Shown here: piece after piece, positions 8,629 through 20,899 of the stretch
Layout: every line of letters begins with the position of its first letter
How positions within the stretch are numbered: the stretch's first letter is position 1
Source of the DNA: Aquifex aeolicus VF5
Lineage (GTDB): Bacteria; Aquificota; Aquificia; Aquificales; Aquificaceae
DNA: 32,000 nt
Direction: 5' to 3'
Assembly (NCBI RefSeq): GCF_000008625.1
Contig: NC_000918.1
Span: 1,350,001 to 1,382,000, forward strand
Translations under genes and position numbers: made by a program
The notes under the pieces: model-generated
Databases searched by the model: none
What the model was told of the DNA's origin: nothing
What the model saw: only the letters and a program-made list of their open reading frames with translations

Positions 8629-9371
8629 GCGAGCAACAGGTTCAGGAACTTGAGAAAAAGTGGTACGCACTGCAGGTAGAGCCCGGAAAAGAGAACGAAG
8701 CTAAGGAAAACTTACTGAAAGTTCTGGAACTGGAAGGTTTAAAGGACCTCGTTGACGAGGTAATAGTTCCCGCAGAGGAAAAGGTAGTCATAAGGGCTCA
8801 GGGCAAGGAAAAGTACAGGCTCTCTCTCAAGGGAAACGCGAGGGACATATCCGTTTTAGGGAAGAAAGGTGTTACCACATTCAGGATAGAGAACGGAGAA
8901 GTTAAGGTCGTTGAGAGTGTTGAAGGAGACACTTGCGTAAACGCCCCTCCCATATCAAAACCCGGACAAAAGATCACGTGTAAGGAAAATAAAACGGAAG
9001 CAAAGATAGTTCTGGATAACAAAATATTTCCCGGATACATACTCATAAAGGCTCACATGAACGACAAGCTCCTCATGGCTATTGAGAAAACTCCCCACGT
9101 CTTCAGACCTGTAATGGTGGGCGGAAAGCCCGTTCCTCTGAAAGAGGAAGAGGTTCAAAACATTCTCAATCAAATAAAGAGGGGTGTTAAACCTTCCAAG
9201 GTTGAGTTTGAAAAAGGAGATCAGGTAAGGGTTATAGAAGGACCGTTTATGAACTTTACGGGAACTGTTGAGGAAGTTCATCCCGAGAAGAGGAAATTAA
9301 CTGTTATGATAAGTATTTTCGGAAGGATGACTCCGGTAGAACTGGACTTTGACCAAGTGGAAAAGATTTGA
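8625..9371 (+). CDS. nusG: Transcription termination/antitermination protein NusG
   Basis: 248 aa; [28 protein letters not shown]-terminal KOW domain [28 protein letters not shown]. Confidence 0.98.
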
Positions 9372-9385
9372 AGGAGGACTGAAAA

Positions 9386-9823
9386 ATGGCTAAGAAGGTG
9401 GTAGCCACAATTGAGCTAATGTTACCGGCTCAACAGGCGTCTCCGGCACCACCGGTAGGTCCCGCTCTGGGTCAGCACGGTGTTAACATAATGGAGTTCG
9501 TTAAGCAATTTAACGCCGCGAGCAGGGACTACGAACCCGGAACGATACTGCCGGTCGTTATAACCGTTTACCAGGACAGAAGCTTTACCTTCATAATGAA
9601 AACACCCCCCGTCTCGTACCTACTTAAAAAGGCGGCGGGGGTTGAGAAGGGCTCTTCCGATCCCAAAAGGGTAAAGGTCGGAAAGATAACGGTAAAGCAA
9701 CTCGAAGAAATAGCGAAGATGAAGATGAAGGACATGAACACCAGAGACCTGAAAGCCGCTATGAGAACAGTTGCGGGAACTGCAAAGAGCATGGGTATTG
9801 AAATAGAAGGTTGGAAGGAGTAG
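9386..9823 (+). CDS. rplK: 50S ribosomal protein L11
   Basis: 145 aa; [31 protein letters not shown] signature. Confidence 0.98.
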
Positions 9824-9827
9824 AGCC

Positions 9828-10556
9828 ATGGCTAGAAGGGGTAAAAAATACATAGAAGCTTCAAAGTTAGTTGATAGAAACAAAAGGTACACTTTGGAAG
9901 AGGCGGTTGATCTCTTAAAGAAAATGGAAGAAGTCCTCCAGAGAAGGTTTGACGAAACCGTAGAACTCGCCATGAGGCTGAACGTAGACCCAAGATACGC
10001 GGACCAGATGGTAAGGGGTTCTGTGGTTCTTCCCCACGGACTCGGAAAACCTATAAAGGTAGTTGTCTTCGCGGAAGGTGAATATGCAAAGAAGGCAGAA
10101 GAAGCTGGAGCGGACTACGTAGGCGGCGACGAACTCATAAACAAGATACTCAAAGAAGAGTGGACCGACTTTGACGTTGCTATAGCTACTCCGGAGATGA
10201 TGCCAAAAGTTGCAAAACTTGGGAGAATACTGGGTCCGAGAGGTTTAATGCCCTCTCCCAAGACGGGAACGGTTACCACGAATGTAGAGCAGGCTATAAA
10301 AGACGCTAAAAGGGGTAGGGTAGAGTTCAAAGTTGACAAGGCCGGTAACGTCCACATGCCCGTAGGAAAGATATCTTTTGAAAAGGAAAAACTCATAGAC
10401 AACCTTTACGCCGCTATAGACGCTGTGGTAAGGGCAAAACCACCCGGAGCAAAGGGACAGTACATAAAGAACATGGCTGTATCCCTCACCATGAGCCCGA
10501 GTGTAAAGCTCGATATAAACGAAGTTCTAAAGAAACTTCAAGAAAAGGCTGCTTAA
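9828..10556 (+). CDS. rplA: 50S ribosomal protein L1
   Basis: 242 aa; [34 protein letters not shown]. Confidence 0.98.
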
Positions 10557-10570
10557 CGGAGGTCTGAGTT

Positions 10571-11170
10571 ATGGCTGAATTTGACAAGGAAGCTTACGCA
10601 GAGAGGGAAAGAAGCGCAGCAAGCAGGAAAACCCTCTTAAAGAAACAGGAACTCGTAAACTCCTACAAGGAGAGACTCCAGAAGTCTAACGGATTTGTAA
10701 TATTCTTCAACTTCCAGGGAATAGATGCCTATCCCCTCACACTTCTCAGGCTGGACATAAAGGACCTGAAAGGTGAAATCGTTGTAGGAAAGAATACGCT
10801 CTTTTACAGGGCTTTTTCCGATACGGTTCTCTCGGATCACAGGGATATATTCGTAGGACCCACCGCGGCACTCTTTGCGTACGAGGATCCCGTAGCCGTA
10901 ACAAAGAAACTCGTAGAATTCCTGAAGGAGACCTTTGACAAAGAGTGGGAAGGAAGGATTAAGGGTGGACTTCTTGACTACAAGTACATCACTCCCGAGC
11001 AGGTAAAAGAGCTTGCGGAACTCCCAAGCAAGGAAGAACTCATCGCAAAACTGCTTGGAGTTCTCATGGCACCTGTAACGCAGCTCGCTATGACCTTAAA
11101 AGCTGTTCCGCAGAAACTTGTTCTTGTTCTTAAAGCTATTGAAGAAGAAAAATCTAAAGGAGGTCAGTAA
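10571..11170 (+). CDS. rplJ: 50S ribosomal protein L10
   Basis: 199 aa; L10 N-terminal domain ([19 protein letters not shown]-like region), synteny between rplA and rplL. Confidence 0.95.
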   Translation: MAEFDKEAYAERERSAASRKTLLKKQELVNSYKERLQKSNGFVIFFNFQGIDAYPLTLLRLDIKDLKGEIVVGKNTLFYRAFSDTVLSDHRDIFVGPTAALFAYEDPVAVTKKLVEFLKETFDKEWEGRIKGGLLDYKYITPEQVKELAELPSKEELIAKLLGVLMAPVTQLAMTLKAVPQKLVLVLKAIEEEKSKGGQ

Positions 11171-11172
11171 AG

Positions 11173-11559
11173 ATGGCAACTTTAACTATTGACGAGATTG
11201 TAGAAGCTATCAAGAATATGTCCGTATTGGAAGTTGCCGAACTTGTTAAGAGACTTGAAGAAGAGTTCGGCGTTTCCGCAGCTGCAATGGTAGCAGCTGC
11301 ACCCGCGGCAGGAGCCGCAGCAGGAGCACCCGCTCAGGCTGAAGAGAAGACCGAGTTTGACGTAATCCTCAAGTCCCCCGGAAAGAACAAGATACAGGTT
11401 ATCAAGGTGGTAAGGGAAATCACTGGACTCGGTCTCAAGGAAGCAAAGGAACTCGTGGACAACGCTCCCAAGCCTATCAAGGAAGGAGTACCCAAGGAAG
11501 AAGCGGAACAAATTAAGAAGAAGCTCGAAGAAGCTGGAGCGGAAGTCGAGCTCAAGTAA
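11173..11559 (+). CDS. rplL: 50S ribosomal protein L7/L12
   Basis: 128 aa; Ala-rich hinge and C-terminal [33 protein letters not shown]. Confidence 0.98.
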   Translation: MATLTIDEIVEAIKNMSVLEVAELVKRLEEEFGVSAAAMVAAAPAAGAAAGAPAQAEEKTEFDVILKSPGKNKIQVIKVVREITGLGLKEAKELVDNAPKPIKEGVPKEEAEQIKKKLEEAGAEVELK

Positions 11560-11667
11560 CTCCTTCTTTTCCTTTTCCTTTACACTTTTGCTCAGGAGGC
11601 AGGAACGCTCTGTACGTAAATGGAAACATTAATCTTCTTACCGGTTAGGGAATTGAAAAAGGAATAC

Positions 11668-11695
11668 TTGACAGTGTACTTTTTTGGTTTAAATT
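11668..11695 (+). promoter_or_regulatory. Candidate promoter ahead of rpoB
   Basis: Perfect TTGACA (11668-11673), 16-bp spacer and weak -10 TAAATT (11690-11695), in the 212-bp rplL-rpoB gap. Confidence 0.4.
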
Positions 11696-11771
11696 TAAAA
11701 GATCAGTTAATGGGGATATTATTGCTTCATTCCGCCTTCTTTAAGAAACATAAAAGAGGAGAGGTATAAAA

Positions 11772-14700
11772 ATGGCAAAAATTGCGCTACCCCGTAAGTT
11801 TTTCGGCAGAAGGTTTGAAGTCCTTGAACCTCCTTACTTACTCAGCATACCAAAAAACTCCTTTGAAAACTTCGTCCAGTTAAAGGTAAACCCTTACAAA
11901 AGGAAAAACGTAGGTCTTGAACACATATTCAGGACTTCCTTTCCCTTTAAAGATCCTGACGAAAACTTCATACTCGAATACCTCGGTTATGAAATAGGTG
12001 ATTGGGAATGTAATAGATGCGGATACAAACCAAAAGACGACCTTCTGGGAGGATGGGACGTAGACTGTCCCCAGTGCGGAGCAAAGCTCGTTTACAAGGA
12101 AAAGTTCACACCAGAGGAGTGTAAGTTAAAGGGGCTCACTTATTCGGCTCCCCTCAGGGTAATGCTCCAGCTCAAGGCAAAGACTAAAAACGGCTACAGG
12201 GAATTTCCTCCAAAGAAGGTTTACTTCGGTGAAATCCCCCTAATGACCGAAACCGGCTCTTTCATCATTAACGGAACGGAAAGGATAATAATCAACCAGC
12301 TAATACGTTCCAGCGGTGTCTTCTTTGACGAGAAGGAAGAAAAACAAAAAGACGCCACTATAACGAGGATTCTTTACAGGGGAAGCATAATTCCCGATAA
12401 AGGTTCAAGAGTTGAGTTTGAACTTTCAGGTGCTACGGACCTCATATCTGCAAGGATAGACAGGAAGAAGCTCAGCGCCACAGCGGTGCTCAGGGCTTTC
12501 GGTCTTGAGACCGCATACGACATTCTCAAGTACTTCTACGAGGACGTAAGGAAGTTCATAGTAAAGGACAAGTACCTTTACGACGCACAAACGGGAGAGG
12601 AGTTTACACCCGAGGATTTAGAACATCATTACATCTTTGCGATAATCAAGTTCAGAGGAAAACTTGTAGGATTTGCATCTTCCAAGGAAAGGGACTTCAT
12701 AGAGGAGAGGTACATAGAGGAGTGGGAGGATCTCGTAAGACTCCTTGACGACGACAGGATAGAGGTTCTCAGTGTAACGGCGGTACCGAGGGACGTAGTT
12801 ATAAAAAGTCCTTATGGAAAGAGCCTGATAGACACCCTAGCAAACGATACCTCGCCCAAAGACGTGGACAAAAGAAGCCCCGTAAAGGTTCCCGCGGAAT
12901 ACACCCTGAGGGACTACGGATTAATGGAAATGTACAAGAGACTCAGACACATCGAAGCGATCACTATGGAAATAGATTCCGTCATAGAAAGGGCGAGGAT
13001 ATTCTTCAACGTATTCTTCAGGGACCTAAAGAGGTATGACCTCTCAAGAGTCGGTAGGGTAAAGATAAACGCCAAAGTTCACAGGATACCGAAGGTTCTG
13101 AAACCTGCGGATGTAGATCTCCTTGACCAGCTCCCGCCCCTAGCTCTCGCGGAAGACTATGGCGAGTACAAGGCGGGAACGAGGGTTACGAAAGATCTCT
13201 TAAAAGAACTCTTCAAGCAATACAAAGAAATAAAAGTTAAGGACTACACGGAAGACGAAGCGAGGTTTATCCTCCCCATAGACCTCGTGAATATCCTGAA
13301 GTACCTTATAGACCTCAGACACGGCAGGGTAAAGAAGGACGATATCGCACACCTCGGAAACAGAAGAGTAAGGTCCGTAGGAGAACTCCTTGAAAATCAA
13401 GCGAGACTCGGAATTGCCAAAATGGAAAAGGTCTTCAGGGACCGCTCCGCGGTTATAAACCCCGAACAGCCGGACCTCAAACCGCAGGATTTCATAAACC
13501 CGAGGTACGTCACAACAGCTATAACGGACTTCCTGAAAACCGGACAGCTCTCTCAGTACCTTGACAACACAAATCCCCTTTCTGAGCTCACCCACAAGAG
13601 GAGACTCTCGGCCCTCGGTCCTGGAGGACTTACGAGGGAAAGTGCAAAATTTGAAATAAGAGACGTTCACCCCTCCCACTACGGAAGGATTTGTCCCATA
13701 GAAACGCCCGAAGGACAGAACATAGGACTGGTTACCTCACCCACAGTTTACGCCAGGGTCAACGAGTACGGCTTCCTCATAACTCCGTACAGAAAGGTTG
13801 AGAACGGGAAGGTAACCGATAAGATTGAGTGGCTTGCGGCTTATGAAGAAGAAAATTACGTAATAGCCCAGAGCACACCCACCGACGAAGAGGGTAGACT
13901 GAAAGCTGAATTTATCCTCGCCAGACACAAGAACGATATAAGACTCGTAAAACCTGAACAGGTTGAGTACATAGACGTCTCTCCTAGACAGGTAATATCA
14001 CCCTCTTCTTCACTCATACCCTTCCTTGAGCACGACGACGCAAACAGGGCACTCATGGGTTCAAACATGCAAAGGCAGGCGGTTCCCCTCATATTCACTC
14101 AGGCGCCCCTCATCGGAACGGGAATGGAAAAGAAGATAGCGAGAGATTCCCATGCAGTAGTAGTTGCAAAGAGGGGCGGTGTGGTAGAGGAAGTTGACAG
14201 TTCCAAGATAATCATCAGGGTAAATCCCGAGGAGATAAACTTCGACGACCCTCTGGACATAGGTATAGACATATACGAACTCAGGAAGTTCCAGAGAACT
14301 AACCAGAAGACCTGTGTAAACCAGAGACCCATAGTCAGGAAAGGAGAAAAGGTTGAAAAAGGACAAATCATAGCGGACGGACACTCCACTGACAGGGGAG
14401 AGCTTGCACTCGGAAAGGACGTTCTCGTTGCCTTCATGCCCTGGAGAGGTTACAACTTCGAGGACGCAATAGTAATATCCGAGAGACTCGTCAAGGAAGA
14501 CGTATACACATCTATCCACATAGAGGAACTGGAAGTAGAAGCGAGAGAAACGAAGGTAGGAGAAGAAGAAATAACGAGGCAAATACCTGGAGTTCCTGAA
14601 AGAGCACTCGCTCACCTTGATGAGCACGGAATAGTAAGGGTGGGAACTTACGTAAAGCCCGGAGACATTCTCGTTGGTAAAGTCACTCCAAAAGGAGAAA

Positions 14701-16178
14701 CGAGGCTAACTCCCGAAGAAAAGCTCCTTCAGGCAATATTTGGTGAAAAGACAAGGGACGTAAAGGACGCATCCCTCAGGTGTCCTCCCGGAGTTGAGGG
14801 AATAGTAATAGACGTTCAAGTGTTCACGAGGAAGGGAACCGGCAAAAAGGACATGCTAGCTGAGAAAGTAGAAAGGGAAGAACTAGAAGCACTGGAGCAG
14901 GAACTTGAAAAGAAGAAGAACCTCATCATCACCGGAAGGGATAAGGTTCTAAAAGGACTTGTACTGGGAAGGAAGGTAGAAAAAGACGCAAAAGTAGGAA
15001 GGAAGACCGTAAAGAAGGGAACAGTTATAGACGAAAAAGTCTTTGAAGAGTTCGTAAACTACATACTCGGCAGACCCGAAAACTTCTTTGAAGACGAAGA
15101 CCTTATCAGAAAGATAAGGGAAATAGCGGAAAGGACGAGAACTCAAATAGAAATGCTCAACAAGGTATACGAAGAGAAAAAGGAAACACTCCTCAAGAGA
15201 AGGGATCTCCCGCCCGGAGTTATAACGCTTGTTAAAGTGTTCATAGCGAACAAGAGGAAGATAAAAGTCGGTGACAAGATGGCGGGAAGGCACGGAAACA
15301 AGGGTGTTATATCCGTGGTTCTTCCCGTAGAAGACATGCCCTTCCTCCCCGACGGAACGCCCGTTGATATAGTCCTCAACCCCCTAGGTGTTCCCTCACG
15401 TATGAACGTAGGACAAATTCTCGAGACGCACCTCGGCTGGGCTGCAAAAGAACTCGGAAAGAAGATAGGCGAGATGATTGAAAAGGGAAGGGACAGGAAG
15501 GCTATAACAGAATACCTGAAAGAAATATTCGCAATAGGAGACAAGGACGGGGAAAACGCCAAGTTCATAGAGGAATTCCTGAATTCCTTATCCGAGGAAG
15601 AGTTCTGGAGTGTGGTCAGGGATTACGCTGAAAGAGGCATTCCTATGGCAACGCCCGCCTTCGAGGGTGCCGAAGAAGATGCAATTAAAGAACTCCTCAA
15701 GAAAGCGGGGCTGCCCGAAAACGGAAAGACCACCCTTTACGACGGGAGAACAGGAGAGCCCTTTGACTTTGAGGTTACCGTCGGTTACATGCACATGCTA
15801 AAGCTAATCCACATGGTTGACGACAAGATACACGCAAGGGCAACAGGACCTTACTCCCTCGTTACGCAACAACCCCTCGGTGGTAGGGCGCAGTTTGGTG
15901 GACAAAGGCTTGGTGAAATGGAAGTTTGGGCACTCGAAGCCCACGGAGCCGCTTACACCTTACAGGAAATGCTCACGGTTAAGTCCGACGACGTTGAAGG
16001 AAGGACGAAGGTTTACGAGGCTATCGTTAAAGGAAAGTACACCTACACACCCGGAATACCCGAGTCCTTCAAGGTTCTCGTAAGAGAGCTAAAGGCTCTT
16101 GGGCTAAACGTTAAGTGTCTGAATGGTGAAGAGAAGCCTTGTGACGAGGTTGAAGTTAAAGAGGAGGAAGAAAAATGA
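11772..16178 (+). CDS. rpoB: RNA polymerase beta subunit
   Basis: 1468 aa; [60 protein letters not shown]-like region and the C-terminal [11 protein letters not shown]...[34 protein letters not shown]. Confidence 0.99.
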   Translation: MAKIALPRKFFGRRFEVLEPPYLLSIPKNSFENFVQLKVNPYKRKNVGLEHIFRTSFPFKDPDENFILEYLGYEIGDWECNRCGYKPKDDLLGGWDVDCPQCGAKLVYKEKFTPEECKLKGLTYSAPLRVMLQLKAKTKNGYREFPPKKVYFGEIPLMTETGSFIINGTERIIINQLIRSSGVFFDEKEEKQKDATITRILYRGSIIPDKGSRVEFELSGATDLISARIDRKKLSATAVLRAFGLETAYDILKYFYEDVRKFIVKDKYLYDAQTGEEFTPEDLEHHYIFAIIKFRGKLVGFASSKERDFIEERYIEEWEDLVRLLDDDRIEVLSVTAVPRDVVIKSPYGKSLIDTLANDTSPKDVDKRSPVKVPAEYTLRDYGLMEMYKRLRHIEAITMEIDSVIERARIFFNVFFRDLKRYDLSRVGRVKINAKVHRIPKVLKPADVDLLDQLPPLALAEDYGEYKAGTRVTKDLLKELFKQYKEIKVKDYTEDEARFILPIDLVNILKYLIDLRHGRVKKDDIAHLGNRRVRSVGELLENQARLGIAKMEKVFRDRSAVINPEQPDLKPQDFINPRYVTTAITDFLKTGQLSQYLDNTNPLSELTHKRRLSALGPGGLTRESAKFEIRDVHPSHYGRICPIETPEGQNIGLVTSPTVYARVNEYGFLITPYRKVENGKVTDKIEWLAAYEEENYVIAQSTPTDEEGRLKAEFILARHKNDIRLVKPEQVEYIDVSPRQVISPSSSLIPFLEHDDANRALMGSNMQRQAVPLIFTQAPLIGTGMEKKIARDSHAVVVAKRGGVVEEVDSSKIIIRVNPEEINFDDPLDIGIDIYELRKFQRTNQKTCVNQRPIVRKGEKVEKGQIIADGHSTDRGELALGKDVLVAFMPWRGYNFEDAIVISERLVKEDVYTSIHIEELEVEARETKVGEEEITRQIPGVPERALAHLDEHGIVRVGTYVKPGDILVGKVTPKGETRLTPEEKLLQAIFGEKTRDVKDASLRCPPGVEGIVIDVQVFTRKGTGKKDMLAEKVEREELEALEQELEKKKNLIITGRDKVLKGLVLGRKVEKDAKVGRKTVKKGTVIDEKVFEEFVNYILGRPENFFEDEDLIRKIREIAERTRTQIEMLNKVYEEKKETLLKRRDLPPGVITLVKVFIANKRKIKVGDKMAGRHGNKGVISVVLPVEDMPFLPDGTPVDIVLNPLGVPSRMNVGQILETHLGWAAKELGKKIGEMIEKGRDRKAITEYLKEIFAIGDKDGENAKFIEEFLNSLSEEEFWSVVRDYAERGIPMATPAFEGAEEDAIKELLKKAGLPENGKTTLYDGRTGEPFDFEVTVGYMHMLKLIHMVDDKIHARATGPYSLVTQQPLGGRAQFGGQRLGEMEVWALEAHGAAYTLQEMLTVKSDDVEGRTKVYEAIVKGKYTYTPGIPESFKVLVRELKALGLNVKCLNGEEKPCDEVEVKEEEEK

Positions 16179-19100
16179 GTGAAGCAAGAAGGGGTATCTT
16201 CCCCTTCTCAAAAATTAAATTGATGCTCGCTTCTCCCGAGGATATCAGAAGCTGGTCTCACGGTGAAGTTAAGAGACCTGAAACTCTAAACTACAGAACT
16301 CTGAAACCCGAAAAGGACGGTCTCTTCTGCGCTAAGATTTTTGGTCCCATAAAAGATTACGAGTGTCTCTGCGGAAAGTACAGGGGAAAGAGGTACGAAG
16401 GAAAGATATGTGAAAAGTGCGGTGTTGAAGTTACAACTTCTTACGTAAGGAGACAGAGGTTCGGTCACATAGAACTCGCTGCTCCCGTCGTTCACATATG
16501 GTTCTTAAAGAGCACACCCTCCAAGATAGGAACGCTCCTTAACCTCACTTCAAGAGACGTTGAAAGGGTCGCTTACTTTGAGTCTTACCTCGTTATTGAG
16601 TATCCAAACGAGGAAGAAGAGGAAAAGTTTGAGAAGGACGAGCACACGATACCACTCAACGACGGCATTTCCACCAAGTGGGTAAAACTCCACGTGGTGA
16701 ACGAGGAGGAGTTTGAGGAGAAGTACGCCTTCACCATAGACGAAAAGTACGAGCACGGAATGGGGGCGGAAATACTCAAAGAAGTTCTATCAAAACTCGA
16801 CCTAGACGCCTACTCCAGAAAACTGAAGGAAATAGTAAAGCCCTACTCAATAGGATTTGAAGACCTCGGAAAAGAAATTGAACAGAAGTACAAGAACCTT
16901 TACCAGAAACTTATCAAGGTTATCGCGGACGACTTCAGGGCTTACGGCGTTGAGATAAAAGGACTTGAAGATCACGGACTCAGCCTAGAACAGGCTATCC
17001 ACAGGATTCTAAACGAAGAACTGTACCTCAATGTAGAGACGGGAGAAATTTCCCTTGAAGACTGCGGAGACAGCTGTCTCACGGGAAGGGACGCTCTGAA
17101 GGAGTACTACGAAAGGGTAAGGGAACACAAAAAGGACATCCCCATCTTTGAAAAGATAAAGGAAGACATAAGATCCACGGTACTGAGGGAAATATCCGAA
17201 GCCAGAATCAGGAAGGCGCTCAGAACTCTCCAGCTAGTAGAGGGCTTCAAGAAGAGCGGAAACAGACCAGAGTGGATGATACTTGAAGTTCTTCCAGTTC
17301 TTCCTCCGGAACTACGTCCCCTCGTTGCACTGGACGGAGGAAGGTTTGCAACTTCTGATCTGAACGACTTCTACAGAAGGGTTATAAACAGGAATAACAG
17401 ACTAAAGAGATTAATAGAACTGAACGCCCCCGACATAATCATCAGAAACGAAAAGAGAATGCTTCAGGAGGCGGTTGATGCCTTAATAGACAACGGAAAG
17501 AGAGGAAACCCTGTAAAGCAAAATGGAAGACCTTTAAAGTCTCTTGCGGACTACCTGAAAGGTAAACAGGGAAGGTTTAGGCAAAACCTCCTCGGAAAGA
17601 GAGTTGACTATTCAGGACGTTCCGTTATAGTCGTCGGTCCAGAACTCCAGATGCACCAGTGCGGTCTTCCCAAGATAATGGCCCTCGAACTCTTCAAACC
17701 CTTCGTATACAGGAGACTGGAAGAAAAAGGGTATGCGACTTCCATAAAACACGCAAAGAGACTCGTAGAGCAAAAGACACCCGAAGTATGGGAGTGCCTT
17801 GAAGAAGTGGTCAAAGAACACCCCGTTCTGCTAAACCGTGCTCCAACGCTCCACAGACCTTCAATTCAGGCTTTTGAACCCGTTCTCGTAGAAGGAAAAG
17901 CCATACAGCTACACCCCCTCGTTTGCCCGCCCTTTAACGCGGACTTTGACGGAGACCAAATGGCCGTACACGTCCCCCTCGGAATAGAGGCTCAGCTTGA
18001 GTCTTACATACTTATGCTCTCCACGCAAAACGTACTTTCCCCCGCACACGGAAAACCCCTCACGATGCCCTCACAGGACATGGTTCTTGGGACTTACTAC
18101 ATCACCCACGACCCCATACCCGGAAGGAAAGGAGAAGGAAAAGCTTTCGGTACCTTTGAAGAAGTCCTCAAAGCTCTTGAACTCGGACACGTTGACATAC
18201 ACGCGAAGATAAAGGTAAAAGTTGGAAACGAGTGGATAGAAACAACTCCCGGAAGGGTACTCTTCAACTCCATAATGCCCGAAGGACAGCCCTTCGTTAA
18301 CAAAACCCTTGACAAGAAAGGACTTTCAAAGCTAATCACTGAACTCTATATAAGGGTAGGAAACGAGGAGACTGTTAAGTTCCTTGACCGTGTGAAAGAA
18401 CTTGGATTCCTCAGGTCAACGCTTGCGGGTATTTCCATTGGTGTGGAAGACCTGCAGGTTCCCAAGGCAAAGAAGAAGATAATAGAGGAAGCCCTCAAGA
18501 AGACGGAAGAGATATGGAACCAGTACGTTCAGGGTATCATCACCAACAAGGAGAGGTACAACAGGATAATAGACGTCTGGTCCGAAGCCACGAACCTCGT
18601 TTCCAAGGCGATGTTTGAAGAGATAGAAAAGTCTAAGAGAATAGAAAACGGAAAGGAATACCCGGGAACCTTTAACCCCATATACATGATGGCAATCTCT
18701 GGAGCGAGAGGTAACAGGGACCAGATAAGACAGCTTGCAGGAATGAGAGGTCTTATGGCTAAGCACTCTGGTGAGTTTATAGAAACGCCGATTATCTCAA
18801 ACTTCAGGGAAGGTCTTTCCGTTCTCGAGTACTTTATATCCACTTACGGTGCGAGAAAGGGTCTCGCGGACACCGCCCTGAAAACCGCATTTGCCGGATA
18901 TCTGACGAGAAGACTCGTTGACGTAGCTCAGGACATAACCATTACTGAACGTGACTGCGGAACCGTTAAAGGCTTTGAAATGGAACCCATAGTAGAAGCG
19001 GGTGAAGAGAGGGTTCCCCTCAAGGACAGAATATTCGGAAGGGTTCTCGCGGAAGACGTAAAAGATCCCTACACCGGTGAGATAATCGCAAGGAGAAACG

Positions 19101-20899
19101 AGGTAATAGACGAAAAACTCGCGGAAAAGATAACGAAGGCGGGAATAGAAAAGGTAAGGGTACGCTCACCTCTCACCTGTGAGGCAAAACACGGCGTTTG
19201 TGCTATGTGCTACGGATGGGATCTCTCCCAGAGGAAGATAGTATCCGTGGGTGAGGCGGTTGGAATTATAGCAGCACAATCCATAGGTGAGCCCGGAACA
19301 CAGCTCACCATGAGAACCTTCCACATAGGTGGTGCAGCAACAGCTCAGAAGGTTCAGAGCTTCGTAAAGGCTGAAAGTGACGGTAAAGTCAAGTTCTACA
19401 ACGTAAAACTCATAGTAAACAGAAAGGGTGAAAAGATAAACATCTCCAAGGACGCAGCTATCGGAATAGTGGACGAAGAAGGCAGGCTCCTTGAAAGACA
19501 CACTATACCTTACGGTGCGAGAATTCTCGTAGAAGAAGGCCAGGAAGTTAAAGCAGAAACTAAACTCGCAGATTGGGATCCCTTCAACACTTACATAATC
19601 GCTGAAGTAGGCGGAAAGGTAGAACTCAGGGACATAATCCTCGACGTTACCGTAAGGGAAGAAAGGGATCCGATAACAGGAAAGACGGCGAGCGTAATAT
19701 CCTTCATGAGACCAAGAGACGCTATGCTACACACTCCCAGAATAGCTGTCATCACAGAAGACGGGAAAGAGTACATCTACGACCTTCCTGTTAACGCCAT
19801 TCTCAACATACCGCCCGAAAAGATATCCCTCGAGTGGAGAGTATGCCCCACCTGCTCCGAGTCCGAAGAGACCACTATACAGCACCAGTACTACGTGGTT
19901 AAAGACCTTGAAGTTCAACCCGGTGACATACTCGCGAGAATTCCAAAAGAAACTGCTAAGGTTAGGGACATCGTCGGTGGTCTTCCGAGGGTTGAAGAGC
20001 TCTTTGAGGCGAGAAAGCCCAAGAATCCCGCAATACTCAGCGAAATAGACGGTTACGTTAAGATTTACGAGGACGCGGACGAGGTGATCATATTCAACCC
20101 CAGAACCGGTGAAACCGCTAAGTACTCCATAAAGAAGGACGAGCTAATCCTCGTAAGACACGGTCAATTCGTCAAGAAAGGTCAAAAGATTACGGAAACA
20201 AAGGTTGCGGAAATAGACGGTCAGGTAAGGATTAAGGGAAGAGGCTTTAAGGTAATCGTTTACAACCCTGAAACAGGACTACAGAGGGAGTACTTCGTTC
20301 CCAAAGGTAAATTCCTGCTCGTTAAGGAAGGTGACTTCGTAAAGGCAGGGGACCAGCTCACAGACGGAACACCCGTACCCGAAGAAATACTCAGGATAAA
20401 GGGAATAGAAGAGCTGGAAAAATTCCTCCTTAAAGAAGTCCAGATGGTTTACAAATTGCAAGGTGTTGACATAAACGACAAACACTTTGAAATCATAATC
20501 AAGCAGATGCTCAAGAAGGTGAGGATTATAGACCCCGGAGACAGCAGATTCCTCGTAGGCGAAGAAGTGGACAAAGAAGAACTCGAAGAAGAAATTCAAA
20601 GGATCAAGCTCGAAGGCGGAAAACTGCCCAAGGCTGAACCCGTACTCGTCGGTATTACGAGAGCAGCACTTTCCACGAGAAGCTGGATTTCCGCTGCATC
20701 CTTCCAGGAAACTACGAGAGTACTCACAGACGCTTCCGTTGAAGGTAAGATAGACGAACTCCGAGGTCTTAAAGAGAACGTAATAATCGGAAACATAATA
20801 CCCGCCGGAACGGGTGTGGACGAGTACAGAGAAGTGGACGTAATCCCTGCGGAAGAAAAGGTTCTCGAAGAGAAGAAAGAACCCAAAGAGGGCTCTTAA
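16175..20899 (+). CDS. rpoC: RNA polymerase beta-prime subunit
   Basis: 1574 aa; N-terminal Zn finger [34 protein letters not shown] active-site motif, trigger loop MRTFHIGG; start overlaps rpoB stop (ATGA). Confidence 0.99.
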   Translation: MSEARRGIFPFSKIKLMLASPEDIRSWSHGEVKRPETLNYRTLKPEKDGLFCAKIFGPIKDYECLCGKYRGKRYEGKICEKCGVEVTTSYVRRQRFGHIELAAPVVHIWFLKSTPSKIGTLLNLTSRDVERVAYFESYLVIEYPNEEEEEKFEKDEHTIPLNDGISTKWVKLHVVNEEEFEEKYAFTIDEKYEHGMGAEILKEVLSKLDLDAYSRKLKEIVKPYSIGFEDLGKEIEQKYKNLYQKLIKVIADDFRAYGVEIKGLEDHGLSLEQAIHRILNEELYLNVETGEISLEDCGDSCLTGRDALKEYYERVREHKKDIPIFEKIKEDIRSTVLREISEARIRKALRTLQLVEGFKKSGNRPEWMILEVLPVLPPELRPLVALDGGRFATSDLNDFYRRVINRNNRLKRLIELNAPDIIIRNEKRMLQEAVDALIDNGKRGNPVKQNGRPLKSLADYLKGKQGRFRQNLLGKRVDYSGRSVIVVGPELQMHQCGLPKIMALELFKPFVYRRLEEKGYATSIKHAKRLVEQKTPEVWECLEEVVKEHPVLLNRAPTLHRPSIQAFEPVLVEGKAIQLHPLVCPPFNADFDGDQMAVHVPLGIEAQLESYILMLSTQNVLSPAHGKPLTMPSQDMVLGTYYITHDPIPGRKGEGKAFGTFEEVLKALELGHVDIHAKIKVKVGNEWIETTPGRVLFNSIMPEGQPFVNKTLDKKGLSKLITELYIRVGNEETVKFLDRVKELGFLRSTLAGISIGVEDLQVPKAKKKIIEEALKKTEEIWNQYVQGIITNKERYNRIIDVWSEATNLVSKAMFEEIEKSKRIENGKEYPGTFNPIYMMAISGARGNRDQIRQLAGMRGLMAKHSGEFIETPIISNFREGLSVLEYFISTYGARKGLADTALKTAFAGYLTRRLVDVAQDITITERDCGTVKGFEMEPIVEAGEERVPLKDRIFGRVLAEDVKDPYTGEIIARRNEVIDEKLAEKITKAGIEKVRVRSPLTCEAKHGVCAMCYGWDLSQRKIVSVGEAVGIIAAQSIGEPGTQLTMRTFHIGGAATAQKVQSFVKAESDGKVKFYNVKLIVNRKGEKINISKDAAIGIVDEEGRLLERHTIPYGARILVEEGQEVKAETKLADWDPFNTYIIAEVGGKVELRDIILDVTVREERDPITGKTASVISFMRPRDAMLHTPRIAVITEDGKEYIYDLPVNAILNIPPEKISLEWRVCPTCSESEETTIQHQYYVVKDLEVQPGDILARIPKETAKVRDIVGGLPRVEELFEARKPKNPAILSEIDGYVKIYEDADEVIIFNPRTGETAKYSIKKDELILVRHGQFVKKGQKITETKVAEIDGQVRIKGRGFKVIVYNPETGLQREYFVPKGKFLLVKEGDFVKAGDQLTDGTPVPEEILRIKGIEELEKFLLKEVQMVYKLQGVDINDKHFEIIIKQMLKKVRIIDPGDSRFLVGEEVDKEELEEEIQRIKLEGGKLPKAEPVLVGITRAALSTRSWISAASFQETTRVLTDASVEGKIDELRGLKENVIIGNIIPAGTGVDEYREVDVIPAEEKVLEEKKEPKEGS

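Noticed and set aside
10557-10570. Possible L10 leader autoregulatory RNA before rplJ
   Set aside because: Only 14 bp separate rplA and rplJ, too little for the classical L10 leader structure.
13200-20886. Many long antisense ORFs within rpoB and rpoC (159, 188, 141, 116 aa and others)
   Set aside because: Low-complexity F/L/Y/S-rich products antisense to strongly coding Glu/Lys-rich genes; they follow from codon bias of the sense strand and show no domain signatures or ribosome-binding sites.
20896-20899. Terminator sought between convergent rpoC and the subtilase gene
   Set aside because: The stop codons overlap through TTAA and I saw no GC hairpin plus T-run nearby on either strand.
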